Of a stretch of 42,342 nt of DNA, positions 1 through 7,377 are shown one piece after another; within the stretch, counting starts at the first letter, position 1; each line of letters opens with the position of its first letter. The stretch is from contig JACPBN010000007.1 in NCBI GenBank assembly GCA_016180275.1, positions 1 through 42,342 of the forward strand, given 5' to 3'. The notes below the pieces were generated by a model. That model saw only the letters and a program-made list of their open reading frames with translations. It was not told the origin of the DNA and did no database searches. A program made the translations under genes and the position numbers. This DNA comes from Candidatus Woesearchaeota archaeon (GTDB taxonomy: Archaea; Nanobdellota; Nanobdellia; Woesearchaeales; UBA10200).

Positions 1-251
1 TGTTATCAAGGGCAGGAAGAAAGCTCGGAGAGCCTGTTCTTTATTTTTTATTTTTTAAAAAGTATGCCCTATCTATATCAAAAACAATTTTGGATAACAC
101 CTTCTATGCGAAGTAGCTTGTATATTGCGCTTAGAAGGTGTTATACGCAATTTTGTGACCTGATGTCTGGAGAGGATGATTGTGTTTTTGGTTATCTATA
201 GTATCTATACTGACAAAAAGGTATAAATAGGGGGCAATCTTTGCTGAGATT

Positions 252-512
252 ATGTATAAATTCACAACTCGCTCTAAAAAAGCTGAAAAACAGTTTTATG
301 AAGCTATTAATTCGAGGAATGATGTTAGAGAAAAGTTACAACGTTTGCAGAATAACCCTAGATTAGAGTTAGATGCCCATAAGCTCAAAGGAAAGCTTAA
401 AGATAAATGGAGCTGTTGGCTTGGTGGTGATCTAAGGCTTATCTATGAGATAGATGATGATAATAAAGAAATTATTGTTGTAGCTGCAGGATCACACAAA
501 GAATATTTCTAG
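252..512 (+). CDS. RelE/YafQ/ParE-superfamily type II toxin (mRNA interferase)
   Basis: 86 aa basic protein with HKLKGKLKDKWSCWL..DLRLIYEI...I.VVAAGSH, the typical RelE/YafQ fold pattern; TATA box TATAAATA just upstream. Confidence 0.85.
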   Translation: MYKFTTRSKKAEKQFYEAINSRNDVREKLQRLQNNPRLELDAHKLKGKLKDKWSCWLGGDLRLIYEIDDDNKEIIVVAAGSHKEYF

Positions 513-661
513 ATTTCTAATTCCCATGGCTTAACTCCCTTAGCCTTGGCTTTATCACTTTCATCAATTGCTTCAGACATCTTAGGATTTCTCAATATCC
601 CAACTTCTTCTAAAAGGAGCTCATATTCTTTCTTAGATATACATACAGTTTCAGCTTTCAT
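509..661 (-). CDS. Putative antitoxin (50 aa, Phd/YefM C-terminal-like), missed by the ORF track
   Basis: Manual translation MKAETVCISKKEYELLLEEVGILRNPKMSEAIDESDKAKAKGVKPWELEI*; stop overlaps the toxin stop in CTAG (509-512); TATA-like element upstream on the minus strand. Confidence 0.7.
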   Translation of the reverse strand: MKAETVCISKKEYELLLEEVGILRNPKMSEAIDESDKAKAKGVKPWELEI

Positions 662-732
662 GGCATTAATAAACTCACCTAAATATATAAATTTTTCTCT
701 ATTGTAAGCTGTTTAAAGTAAGTTGAATAAAA

Positions 733-1101
733 TCACCTTATCTTGTCAAGAGCATTCTCCCTTATCTTCTGGATTGTTCTTATGCTATATCTTTCGCCTC
801 TGTTGTTTTTGACAAGCTCAACTATCTGCTTTGGCTTTAATTTTAGCTCAAATAGCATCTTTAGCACAAGCTTATGCGTTTCATTGTTTGTGGTAGAAAG
901 TATTTCCTGCACAGTTGGCTTTTTTATGCCTGCTGTTTTTGCAATCTCTTTGCTGCGCTTCAGCATGATTTCATTTGCTCTTCTGAAGGCAGAGTATATT
1001 ATACCCTGGTTGCCTGTGTTCAGTCCATATTTTATGCTGCGCTCTAAATTAAGCAATGTTATGCAGTTTTTATCTGCTATGTCCAGTGTTTTGTATTTCA
1101 T
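733..1101 (-). CDS. Hypothetical protein whose C-terminal half resembles a degenerate tyrosine-recombinase segment
   Basis: QEILSTTNNETHKLVLKMLFELKLKPKQIVEL...YSIRTIQKI aligns by eye to EMIEKTENLKHKLLISLLYSSGLRVSEAIRL...VCTRTAEEI of the integrase at 1987. Confidence 0.5.
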   Translation of the reverse strand: MKYKTLDIADKNCITLLNLERSIKYGLNTGNQGIIYSAFRRANEIMLKRSKEIAKTAGIKKPTVQEILSTTNNETHKLVLKMLFELKLKPKQIVELVKNNRGERYSIRTIQKIRENALDKIR

Positions 1102-1237
1102 TTTATTACCTCAAATGATTTTAGCAATAAAAGGAGAGAAGCTGGTCAATGAAGGTTTCTATGCAATGGAAAGCCCAATTAACCTGCTCTTTTCAGATTA
1201 AGTTGTTACATGGCATTTGAGGCAGATGAATACAGAA

Positions 1238-1321
1238 ATCCACTGGACAGCTTTAAAATTGGTTATACTATTTTTTTAGACAGCGTTGAGCATGAAAATA
1301 GCATCCACTGGACACTGGACA
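1238..1321. promoter_or_regulatory. Repeated palindromic motif (TCCACTGGA), candidate protein-binding sites
   Basis: ATCCACTGGACA at 1238-1249 and 1303-1314, plus CACTGGACA at 1313-1321. Confidence 0.4.
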
Positions 1322-1407
1322 TTCTCGGTCAGAATTTATAAATGCAAATTGTTTTACTATAATTGAAGAAAATCAAAAAATAAAGAAAAAAGCTGCACAG
1401 TCATTAA

Positions 1408-1493
1408 TGCGCCGAACTTAAAATCAAGTGTCCTTTCCAGGGACATGCGGGTTCGAAATGTTCATTTTGAGCACGGATCTCCCGTCCACGGCG
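1408..1493 (+). pseudogene. Partial tRNA-Leu(TAA) lacking the 5' acceptor strand, with a 59/60 intron (1458-1479)
   Basis: Loop CTTAAAA, variable arm GTCCT/GGGAC, T-arm GCGGG-TTCGAA[intron]T-CCCGT, acceptor 3' strand CCACGGC; the 5' anticodon strand CCGAA does not pair with TCAAG and no GCCGTGG is present upstream. Confidence 0.7.
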
Positions 1494-1533
1494 CACAAAA
1501 CATCCATGAAAGAAATAATAAAAGGTGATTAAC

Positions 1534-1725
1534 GTGAAAAAATGCAGAATCTGTGATAAAAAGATATCAGCCAATTATGTGTATTGTTATAGCTGCTGGA
1601 AAGATAAAACGTATGACAATACAAGCCATGTCAGCGAATTTTCAGGTGATGGGCAATTCTCGCCGGAAGTTTATTCTCCTACTCCGGCAGATTTTATGAG
1701 ACAATGGGGAATAATAAACAGATAA
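1534..1725 (+). CDS. Small Zn-finger protein (CxxC-x10-CxxC)
   Basis: CRICDKKISANYVYCYSC; GGTGA Shine-Dalgarno 5 nt before the GTG at 1534. Confidence 0.6.
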   Translation: MKKCRICDKKISANYVYCYSCWKDKTYDNTSHVSEFSGDGQFSPEVYSPTPADFMRQWGIINR

Positions 1726-1743
1726 TAAAAAATAAAGAAAAAT

Positions 1744-1797
1744 TGTCGCATAACTTGTATTGTACTGAACTCAAAATTCAGTAACCCTTACCTGGAT
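1744..1797 (+). repeat. Degenerate internal fragment of tRNA-Leu(CAA) (D-arm to variable arm), att-like remnant
   Basis: TGTCGCATAACTTG..CTGAACTCAAAATTCAG..CCTTACCTGGAT matches 1850-1904. Confidence 0.7.
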
Positions 1798-1844
1798 TAT
1801 AATTAATAATGTATACAATTATTTAAGCTTTTCGTTTGTGCAAT

Positions 1845-1954
1845 GCCGGTGTCGCATAACTTGGTAGTGCGCCGAACTCAAAATTCGGTGATCCTTACCT
1901 GGATCCTGCTGGTTCGAAATGTTCATTTTGAGCACGGATGTCCCGTCGCCGGCG
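1845..1954 (+). tRNA. tRNA-Leu(CAA) with a non-canonical 22-nt BHB intron at 59/60 (1919-1940)
   Basis: Acceptor GCCGGTG/CGCCGGC, D-stem GCA/TGC, anticodon arm CCGAA-CTCAAAA-TTCGG, long variable arm GATCC/GGATC; BHB helix TTCG/CGGA with bulges AA|A and TG|T. Confidence 0.85.
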
Positions 1955-1986
1955 CACTAAACTTACATTAATAAAAAGGTGAACCA

Positions 1987-2817
1987 ATGTTAAACTCAAC
2001 AGATTATGAAGAAAGATTAAAGCAAGAATTATTGTCTCGCGGATTTAGCCATGCAACATTTAAGACATACTCTACCGGCATGAATGAATTTGCAGGATTT
2101 CTCAAGAAAGAACTGCGTTATGCAAAGAATGATGATTTCAGGGATTTCAAATTATTCTTGAGGGAGAAGAAGTTTGCAACAAAGACAATAAACAGCTATC
2201 TTGCAGCAGTTAAATTCTTCTACAGGAACGTGATGAGCAGAAAGCTGGCTTATCTTCCTGGCTACAAGAATGCAAAAAAGCTTCCTGTTGTGCATAATCA
2301 GGAGTTTATTCTTGAGATGATTGAAAAGACAGAGAATCTGAAGCACAAGCTGCTGATAAGCTTGCTTTATTCCTCAGGATTGAGAGTTTCTGAAGCAATT
2401 AGATTAAGATTAGAAAATATTGACATACCTGCCAAAGAATGCAGGATAATAGCTGGCAAAGGAAATAAAGATAGAATCTCTATCTTGTCTGATAACTTCA
2501 TTGGTTTCTTGAGTCAATATTTAACTGAATATGATATTGCTTCTGGTTATCTGTTTCCAAGCCACAAAGGCCATGTTTGCACAAGGACTGCAGAGGAGAT
2601 CGTAAAACAAGCAGCTGCCAGGATTGATAAGAACAGGAGAGTGTTCTGCCATTCATTGAGAAGCAGTTTTGCAACGCATCTGATGGAGAACAATGTTCCA
2701 ATAAATAAGATAAGTGACCTGCTCGGGCATACAGATCTCAGAACCACTCAGGTTTACTTAAATGTCAATAGAAAAAGATTTGAAGGGATTAGGTCTCCGA
2801 TTGATGTTGTGCATTAA
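1987..2817 (+). CDS. Tyrosine recombinase/integrase (Xer/IntI-like) with N-terminal SAM-like domain
   Basis: Catalytic motifs SGLRVSE, GKGNKDR, HSLRSSFATHL, LLGHTDLRTTQVY; GGTGA RBS; begins ~30 nt after tRNA-Leu. Confidence 0.93.
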   Translation: MLNSTDYEERLKQELLSRGFSHATFKTYSTGMNEFAGFLKKELRYAKNDDFRDFKLFLREKKFATKTINSYLAAVKFFYRNVMSRKLAYLPGYKNAKKLPVVHNQEFILEMIEKTENLKHKLLISLLYSSGLRVSEAIRLRLENIDIPAKECRIIAGKGNKDRISILSDNFIGFLSQYLTEYDIASGYLFPSHKGHVCTRTAEEIVKQAAARIDKNRRVFCHSLRSSFATHLMENNVPINKISDLLGHTDLRTTQVYLNVNRKRFEGIRSPIDVVH

Positions 2818-3021
2818 GCAGCTGATATGTGTATAGCAGCTTAGCAGCTGCCTCCAGAGCCAATTAAGTCGGCACGTTTCCTGATTGTTTTTAGAGCTTC
2901 TTTTACTTTATCAACAAGAACTGGTTTTCTGTACTTTGGAATCAGATAATGCGACAATTGATGTTGTATTTGCAATGGTAAGATGTTCTCACAGTTACGA
3001 TTTATTTTTGGAGTATGTCAT
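2815..3021 (-). pseudogene. IS200/IS605 tnpA (Y1 HUH transposase) N-terminal remnant
   Basis: Minus-strand frames give RTSYHCKYNINCRII/(frameshift)/IPKYRKPVLVDKVKEALKTI, matching the TnpA start H..YN..YH.VW.PKYR..VL. Confidence 0.75.
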
Positions 3022-3023
3022 TT

Positions 3024-3377
3024 TTATGCGCTGCCAAAACCTATAAATGACACACCTACTATAATTATCGCAATCCCAAACCATTTGTAAGAGTTCATCT
3101 TCTCATTCAACATTTTTATGGATAAGAAGGCAATCCAGATATATGTTGTTGCGACTAATGGATATAAGACAGATAATTCACCTGCTTTCAAGGCGATTAT
3201 GAATAAAACTGTGCCGATGCCGTAAAAGAACAATGAGATGATAAGCTGGGGATTTTTTATAGGATGCCTTATGCACTGTCTTATATGCGCAGAGACTTTT
3301 TTTAGCATCACTGCGCCATAGCTGCCGACAAAGCTAGCTAATAACACTACGCCAATTGACCATAATGGAGTTGTCAT
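3024..3377 (-). CDS. EamA/DMT-family small membrane transporter (ArnE/F-like)
   Basis: 4 TM helices, GELSVLYPL...Y, EKMN..KWFGI motifs. Confidence 0.85.
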   Translation of the reverse strand: MTTPLWSIGVVLLASFVGSYGAVMLKKVSAHIRQCIRHPIKNPQLIISLFFYGIGTVLFIIALKAGELSVLYPLVATTYIWIAFLSIKMLNEKMNSYKWFGIAIIIVGVSFIGFGSA

Positions 3378-3758
3378 TTAAATTACCTCAGCAGGAATTG
3401 CCTGTGTTTTTGAACCATAGCCTATAACAGTTACACCAATTATTACGAAAATGATGCCAAGCCATTTGAACAGGTTAACAGGTTCATTAAAGAAATATGA
3501 GCTTGCAAAAGTGACCCAGATATAGCTTGTTGCAATTATTGGATATAAAACAGAAAGCTCTCCGCCCTTTAATGCAATTATAAGCAAGGCTGCGCCTATC
3601 GCATATAATCCTAACCCAATTATAAGATTATAATTTGTAATCAATAAGGGAATATCAAATTTCAGGACATTTGCCCCAAGCTTATAGAATACCTGAGCAG
3701 ATGTGGTAATAGCTGTACAAAATAATACAAGCAGGACTGCCCATGTTTTTGTTGCCAT
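3378..3758 (-). CDS. EamA/DMT-family small membrane transporter (paralog, likely heterodimer partner)
   Basis: 4 TM helices, GELSVLYPIIATSYIW, EPV...KWLGI. Confidence 0.85.
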   Translation of the reverse strand: MATKTWAVLLVLFCTAITTSAQVFYKLGANVLKFDIPLLITNYNLIIGLGLYAIGAALLIIALKGGELSVLYPIIATSYIWVTFASSYFFNEPVNLFKWLGIIFVIIGVTVIGYGSKTQAIPAEVI

Positions 3759-3852
3759 GGATTGACAGAATAAATTAAATGTATAAAAAGTTATGGGTTG
3801 GAAGATTTGGATTTGATTTAGAAGAGTGTTAATTTGTGCATGTAAAAATTAG

Positions 3853-4111
3853 GTATTTGTTTAGCATGTGTGATAAAATCCTCTAAAGCGGTGGCGACTG
3901 CCGACGAATACTGGCAGGTAATATTAAAGAGTTGCTCCTCCTCTACGCTCAGATAGTAGATGTGATAATAGTAAAGCATTGCATGATGTGTTTATGAATG
4001 TGTAGTTAGAAGGTCTTGCCCGTCGCAACTTATCACAGTTACTGTAGAATTATGTTCGTCATATAATGGCAGTCGCCACCACTTTTGATGTTGTTATAAC
4101 TAAACAAATAC
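3853..4111. mobile_element. MITE-like nested-palindrome element, copy 1
   Basis: Perfect 12-bp TIR GTATTTGTTTAG/CTAAACAAATAC; 8-bp direct repeat AAAATTAG at 3845-3852 and 4112-4119; inner stems GTGGCGACTGCC/GGCAGTCGCCAC, GACGAATA/TGTTCGTC, AGTTGC/GCAACT. Confidence 0.75.
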
Positions 4112-4130
4112 AAAATTAGTTTTAGAATTA

Positions 4131-5984
4131 TTAATTGCCTTCCTTCATCAGTATCTCAAGTATCTTTGCAAATGCCGGACGCGCGATAAAGACACCCATA
4201 GTGATTCCAGCTAATGTTGTAAGAGCAAATCCTTTTAACAACCCAGCGCCTGCGAACAATAACGGCAGCATGGCAACAGAGACTGTTAAATATGCTCCTG
4301 AGATTATGAAGAATGCAGCTTTCAATTTCTCTTTCCAATTTATGAATCTTTCATGCCTTCTTGCAAGAGTCTCGTCTGTGATGACAACAAGATGGTCAAC
4401 ACCAGTGCCAGTGGCAATTATGATTCCTGCAATCGCTGCAATGTCTAAATTCCAGCCGATAAATGATGCAAGTCCAAGCAATAAAACTACTTCGCTTGCC
4501 AGCATGAGTGTCATAGGCAAAGCAATCTTTAGATTCCTGTATTTGATGAATACTATTGAAGATACAGCTAACAATGAAAGCACTCCTATCAATAATGCAT
4601 TTTTAATAAACTTCTCTCCTAATGCAGGAGAGACGTTATCTGTCCTTACAATAGCCAATTTTACAGGAAGGCTTCCTGTGATAAGGACTGTCTGGAGTTT
4701 TTTCATGTTATTAAGTGCATCAAATATTGCTTCCTGCTGAGATCTTCCAATGCCTGAACCAGAGATCTGGATGTCAGTAACTGCTCTTCCACGCAAATCT
4801 GCACCTATGTTCAGTGCATCAACTTCCTGATTGTCAAGGTATAATTTCAATTGCTCGCTTAAGTAACGGTCTCTGCCAGTGCCAGTTATACTTAACGGTT
4901 TTGTTAAATCTGCCTGCCTTTGAGCAGCTTCTGGAGAGAGAGTAATGCTGAATGAGAACCTGCAGACAGAGTTTGCGCCATATCCTCCACAGCCTTGATT
5001 AGGGTCAATGCCTGAGCATTCTGCGCTTCTGCAAACATAAGTCACATCCTGACCGCCTTTGAATACTGTATCATTCTTTATTTTTGCTTCAAACTTACCT
5101 TGCTTGCTTAAAAGCTCTTTAACTTCCTGCTCATTTGCGCCAGGAATCTCTACAAGGATGAATTTAGGCAAACCACCTAATATTGCCGGCTTGTCTCTTA
5201 CTACACGGATAGTTATATCACTTAATCCATAAACATTCAATCTTCTTTCCATGTTGCTCTTAAGAATATCCATCTCATCTTCAGAGAGAGAGGTTTCAGG
5301 CTCTAAGATTACTCTTGTACCGCCTTGGAGATCAAGGCCTTTTCTCAGATTTGTAGTAGGTGCTTTCTGGACAGAAATCCCTAATGGCTCTACTCCAATT
5401 ATGTTTGTGATTGTCTTGTTGACAAATATTTTTTTTGTTGCATTAACTGTTTTTGTGACAGATCTTTCCACCAAGTATGGCTCAAAATTTGTCTCATTTA
5501 TCAGAGTAATATTAACTTTTTCAGTTATGTTCTTTGTGATGTATTCTGTCAATGTCTTGTTTTTGCCGTCTTCAACGATGGTCTTTTCAATGCTTACAGG
5601 AATTTCTTTGGCTTCAAGCTCGCCTGTTATTATGGTTTCAGTTATTGGCTTTGTTTTTAATAAGTAAGAGTTTTTGTTTGTAAATAGCCTTATGCTCTGA
5701 TCAGCTTTTAGATCTTTTGTCGTTTCATGGAATTCCAGTACAGAAGTTATAGGGATTCTTTTATTATTAAGTTCGACTGCATAAATCCTCTCGCGGGACA
5801 TCGGAGGGAGATTTGGCAATGGCTTCTCTATGCCTGCGATTATTGCGCTGCTATTAGCAGTAAGGCTCTTTATTGCAACTCCAGATGCAAATGGATTAGG
5901 ATGAATCGCATATAGGGCTATGAATAAAGCTACCAATAAGAATATTACTCTTCCGGTCTTTAATATCTGTTTTAGATTAGACAT
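4131..5984 (-). CDS. secD: Protein translocase subunit SecD
   Basis: KGLDLQGGTR motif, RLNVYGLSD, TGVDHLVVITDE, six TM helices. Confidence 0.95.
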   Translation of the reverse strand: MSNLKQILKTGRVIFLLVALFIALYAIHPNPFASGVAIKSLTANSSAIIAGIEKPLPNLPPMSRERIYAVELNNKRIPITSVLEFHETTKDLKADQSIRLFTNKNSYLLKTKPITETIITGELEAKEIPVSIEKTIVEDGKNKTLTEYITKNITEKVNITLINETNFEPYLVERSVTKTVNATKKIFVNKTITNIIGVEPLGISVQKAPTTNLRKGLDLQGGTRVILEPETSLSEDEMDILKSNMERRLNVYGLSDITIRVVRDKPAILGGLPKFILVEIPGANEQEVKELLSKQGKFEAKIKNDTVFKGGQDVTYVCRSAECSGIDPNQGCGGYGANSVCRFSFSITLSPEAAQRQADLTKPLSITGTGRDRYLSEQLKLYLDNQEVDALNIGADLRGRAVTDIQISGSGIGRSQQEAIFDALNNMKKLQTVLITGSLPVKLAIVRTDNVSPALGEKFIKNALLIGVLSLLAVSSIVFIKYRNLKIALPMTLMLASEVVLLLGLASFIGWNLDIAAIAGIIIATGTGVDHLVVITDETLARRHERFINWKEKLKAAFFIISGAYLTVSVAMLPLLFAGAGLLKGFALTTLAGITMGVFIARPAFAKILEILMKEGN

Positions 5985-6081
5985 TTTATAATAGATTTAA
6001 TTGTAATTTATTTTGTTATTTTTTGTTAATTTTTTTTATTTAGTTAATTTATTAGTCTTATTTCAATTATAAACTTATTAA

Positions 6082-7320
6082 CTAATTTTTCAGCGGATGC
6101 TTTTCAAGATACCATCTTAATATGCCTGCATTCTGTATCCATGTGTAAGGCATATCTACGCATAATCCTATCAAAATTATAGTCATTATCTGTGTCAAAT
6201 CTGCGGACTGTGAAAATATTATTGCAACCAATACAGCTGCGCCTGTCGTAATAAGCATCATTGTCCCTGTTTTCATTGCACTATAGACCCTGTCCAAGAT
6301 TGTGCCTTCTTTAGTTCTCAAAACTCGCGAGGAAAGAAGTATGTCTGTATCTACGCTGTATCCTATGAGCATCAAAAATGCCGCAATTCCAGCTGTGCTT
6401 ATTCGCATACCCATCAGGTTGACTATCGCCAAAGTTGTTATTATGTCAGAGAATGCTGCCAGCAAAACAGCTGAGCTAGGAATAGGCTGGCGAAAGTAGA
6501 TGAATACGACAATTGCCATCAGCACAAATGCAACAAGCATTGCCTTGAATGTCTGCTTAAAGAAGCTCTCTCCCAAAGTTGAGCCAATAGCGACTGTGTT
6601 CTTGTCAATCAAATCTTTTTGCAAGCCTGGCATCAATCCAGTAAGTGTTTTTTTAAACTCATCAATATCATTCTCACTTTCTAATGCCGCATCTATTGAG
6701 ATGGAAATCCTTTGTCCTAAATCTGTCTGCTCCCTGACAGAAATATCTGCTTTAGGGAATTTTGAGGCTAACTGGGATTCTAATAAGCTGATCTCAAGTC
6801 TTGAGACATCAAGCTCTTCGTTGTTGACTGTAATGCTCAGGCCGCCTTTTAGGCTTACTCCTTTCTTCATGAAATCGCCAAAATGAAATTCCTCTCCAAC
6901 ATAATAAGAAGTGGAATAGATCTGATAGCCTACTTGAGCAATTGACAGGAATACCATCAATAAAGTCAGGATAAGAAGTTTCTTGTAATGAAATTCATAG
7001 ATGTGCTTTAGATTGCCTAATAATCCTCGTTTATGTCCATAATGGACGGTGTGATGTTCAGTATGGCTCGTATGTTTACTCTCTTTATGTTCGTGTGTCT
7101 TATGGCCTTCTGAATGAGAATGTTTTACTGCGCCATGAGTGTGAGAGACAGGCACTTTTGATGCAATAGAAGTGACTTGTGCAGCAGAGTCTTTTGCAGG
7201 TTCTTTTTGTTCAGGTGTGTTTATATCTTTAACTCTAATATCCTGCTGCTCTTCAGAAACAGATTCTTCTGAGTTCTCTAAACTTTCTTCTTCTTTTTTA
7301 GAAATATATTCTTCATCCAT
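6082..7320 (-). CDS. secF: Protein translocase subunit SecF with an acidic/His-rich N-terminal extension
   Basis: KGVSLKGG, AAFLMLIGYSVDTDILL, TWIQNAGILRWY archaeal SecF motifs; adjacent to secD. Confidence 0.95.
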   Translation of the reverse strand: MDEEYISKKEEESLENSEESVSEEQQDIRVKDINTPEQKEPAKDSAAQVTSIASKVPVSHTHGAVKHSHSEGHKTHEHKESKHTSHTEHHTVHYGHKRGLLGNLKHIYEFHYKKLLILTLLMVFLSIAQVGYQIYSTSYYVGEEFHFGDFMKKGVSLKGGLSITVNNEELDVSRLEISLLESQLASKFPKADISVREQTDLGQRISISIDAALESENDIDEFKKTLTGLMPGLQKDLIDKNTVAIGSTLGESFFKQTFKAMLVAFVLMAIVVFIYFRQPIPSSAVLLAAFSDIITTLAIVNLMGMRISTAGIAAFLMLIGYSVDTDILLSSRVLRTKEGTILDRVYSAMKTGTMMLITTGAAVLVAIIFSQSADLTQIMTIILIGLCVDMPYTWIQNAGILRWYLEKHPLKN

Positions 7321-7377
7321 TTTTACGTTAGAAATAAAATATTGGTTTAAAAAGTATTCGGTTTTGGGATGGAAAAA

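Noticed and set aside
743-1201. Numerous antisense ORFs in the track (e.g. 743-1201, 4135-4740, 11844-12545, 25600-26220, 27297-28091)
   Set aside because: They are shadow frames overlapping better-supported genes on the opposite strand and have no motifs
1845-1954. Leu-to-Ser reassignment suggested by G73 plus a long variable arm
   Set aside because: TTG codons occupy conserved Leu positions, e.g. the integrase GLR and HSLR motifs
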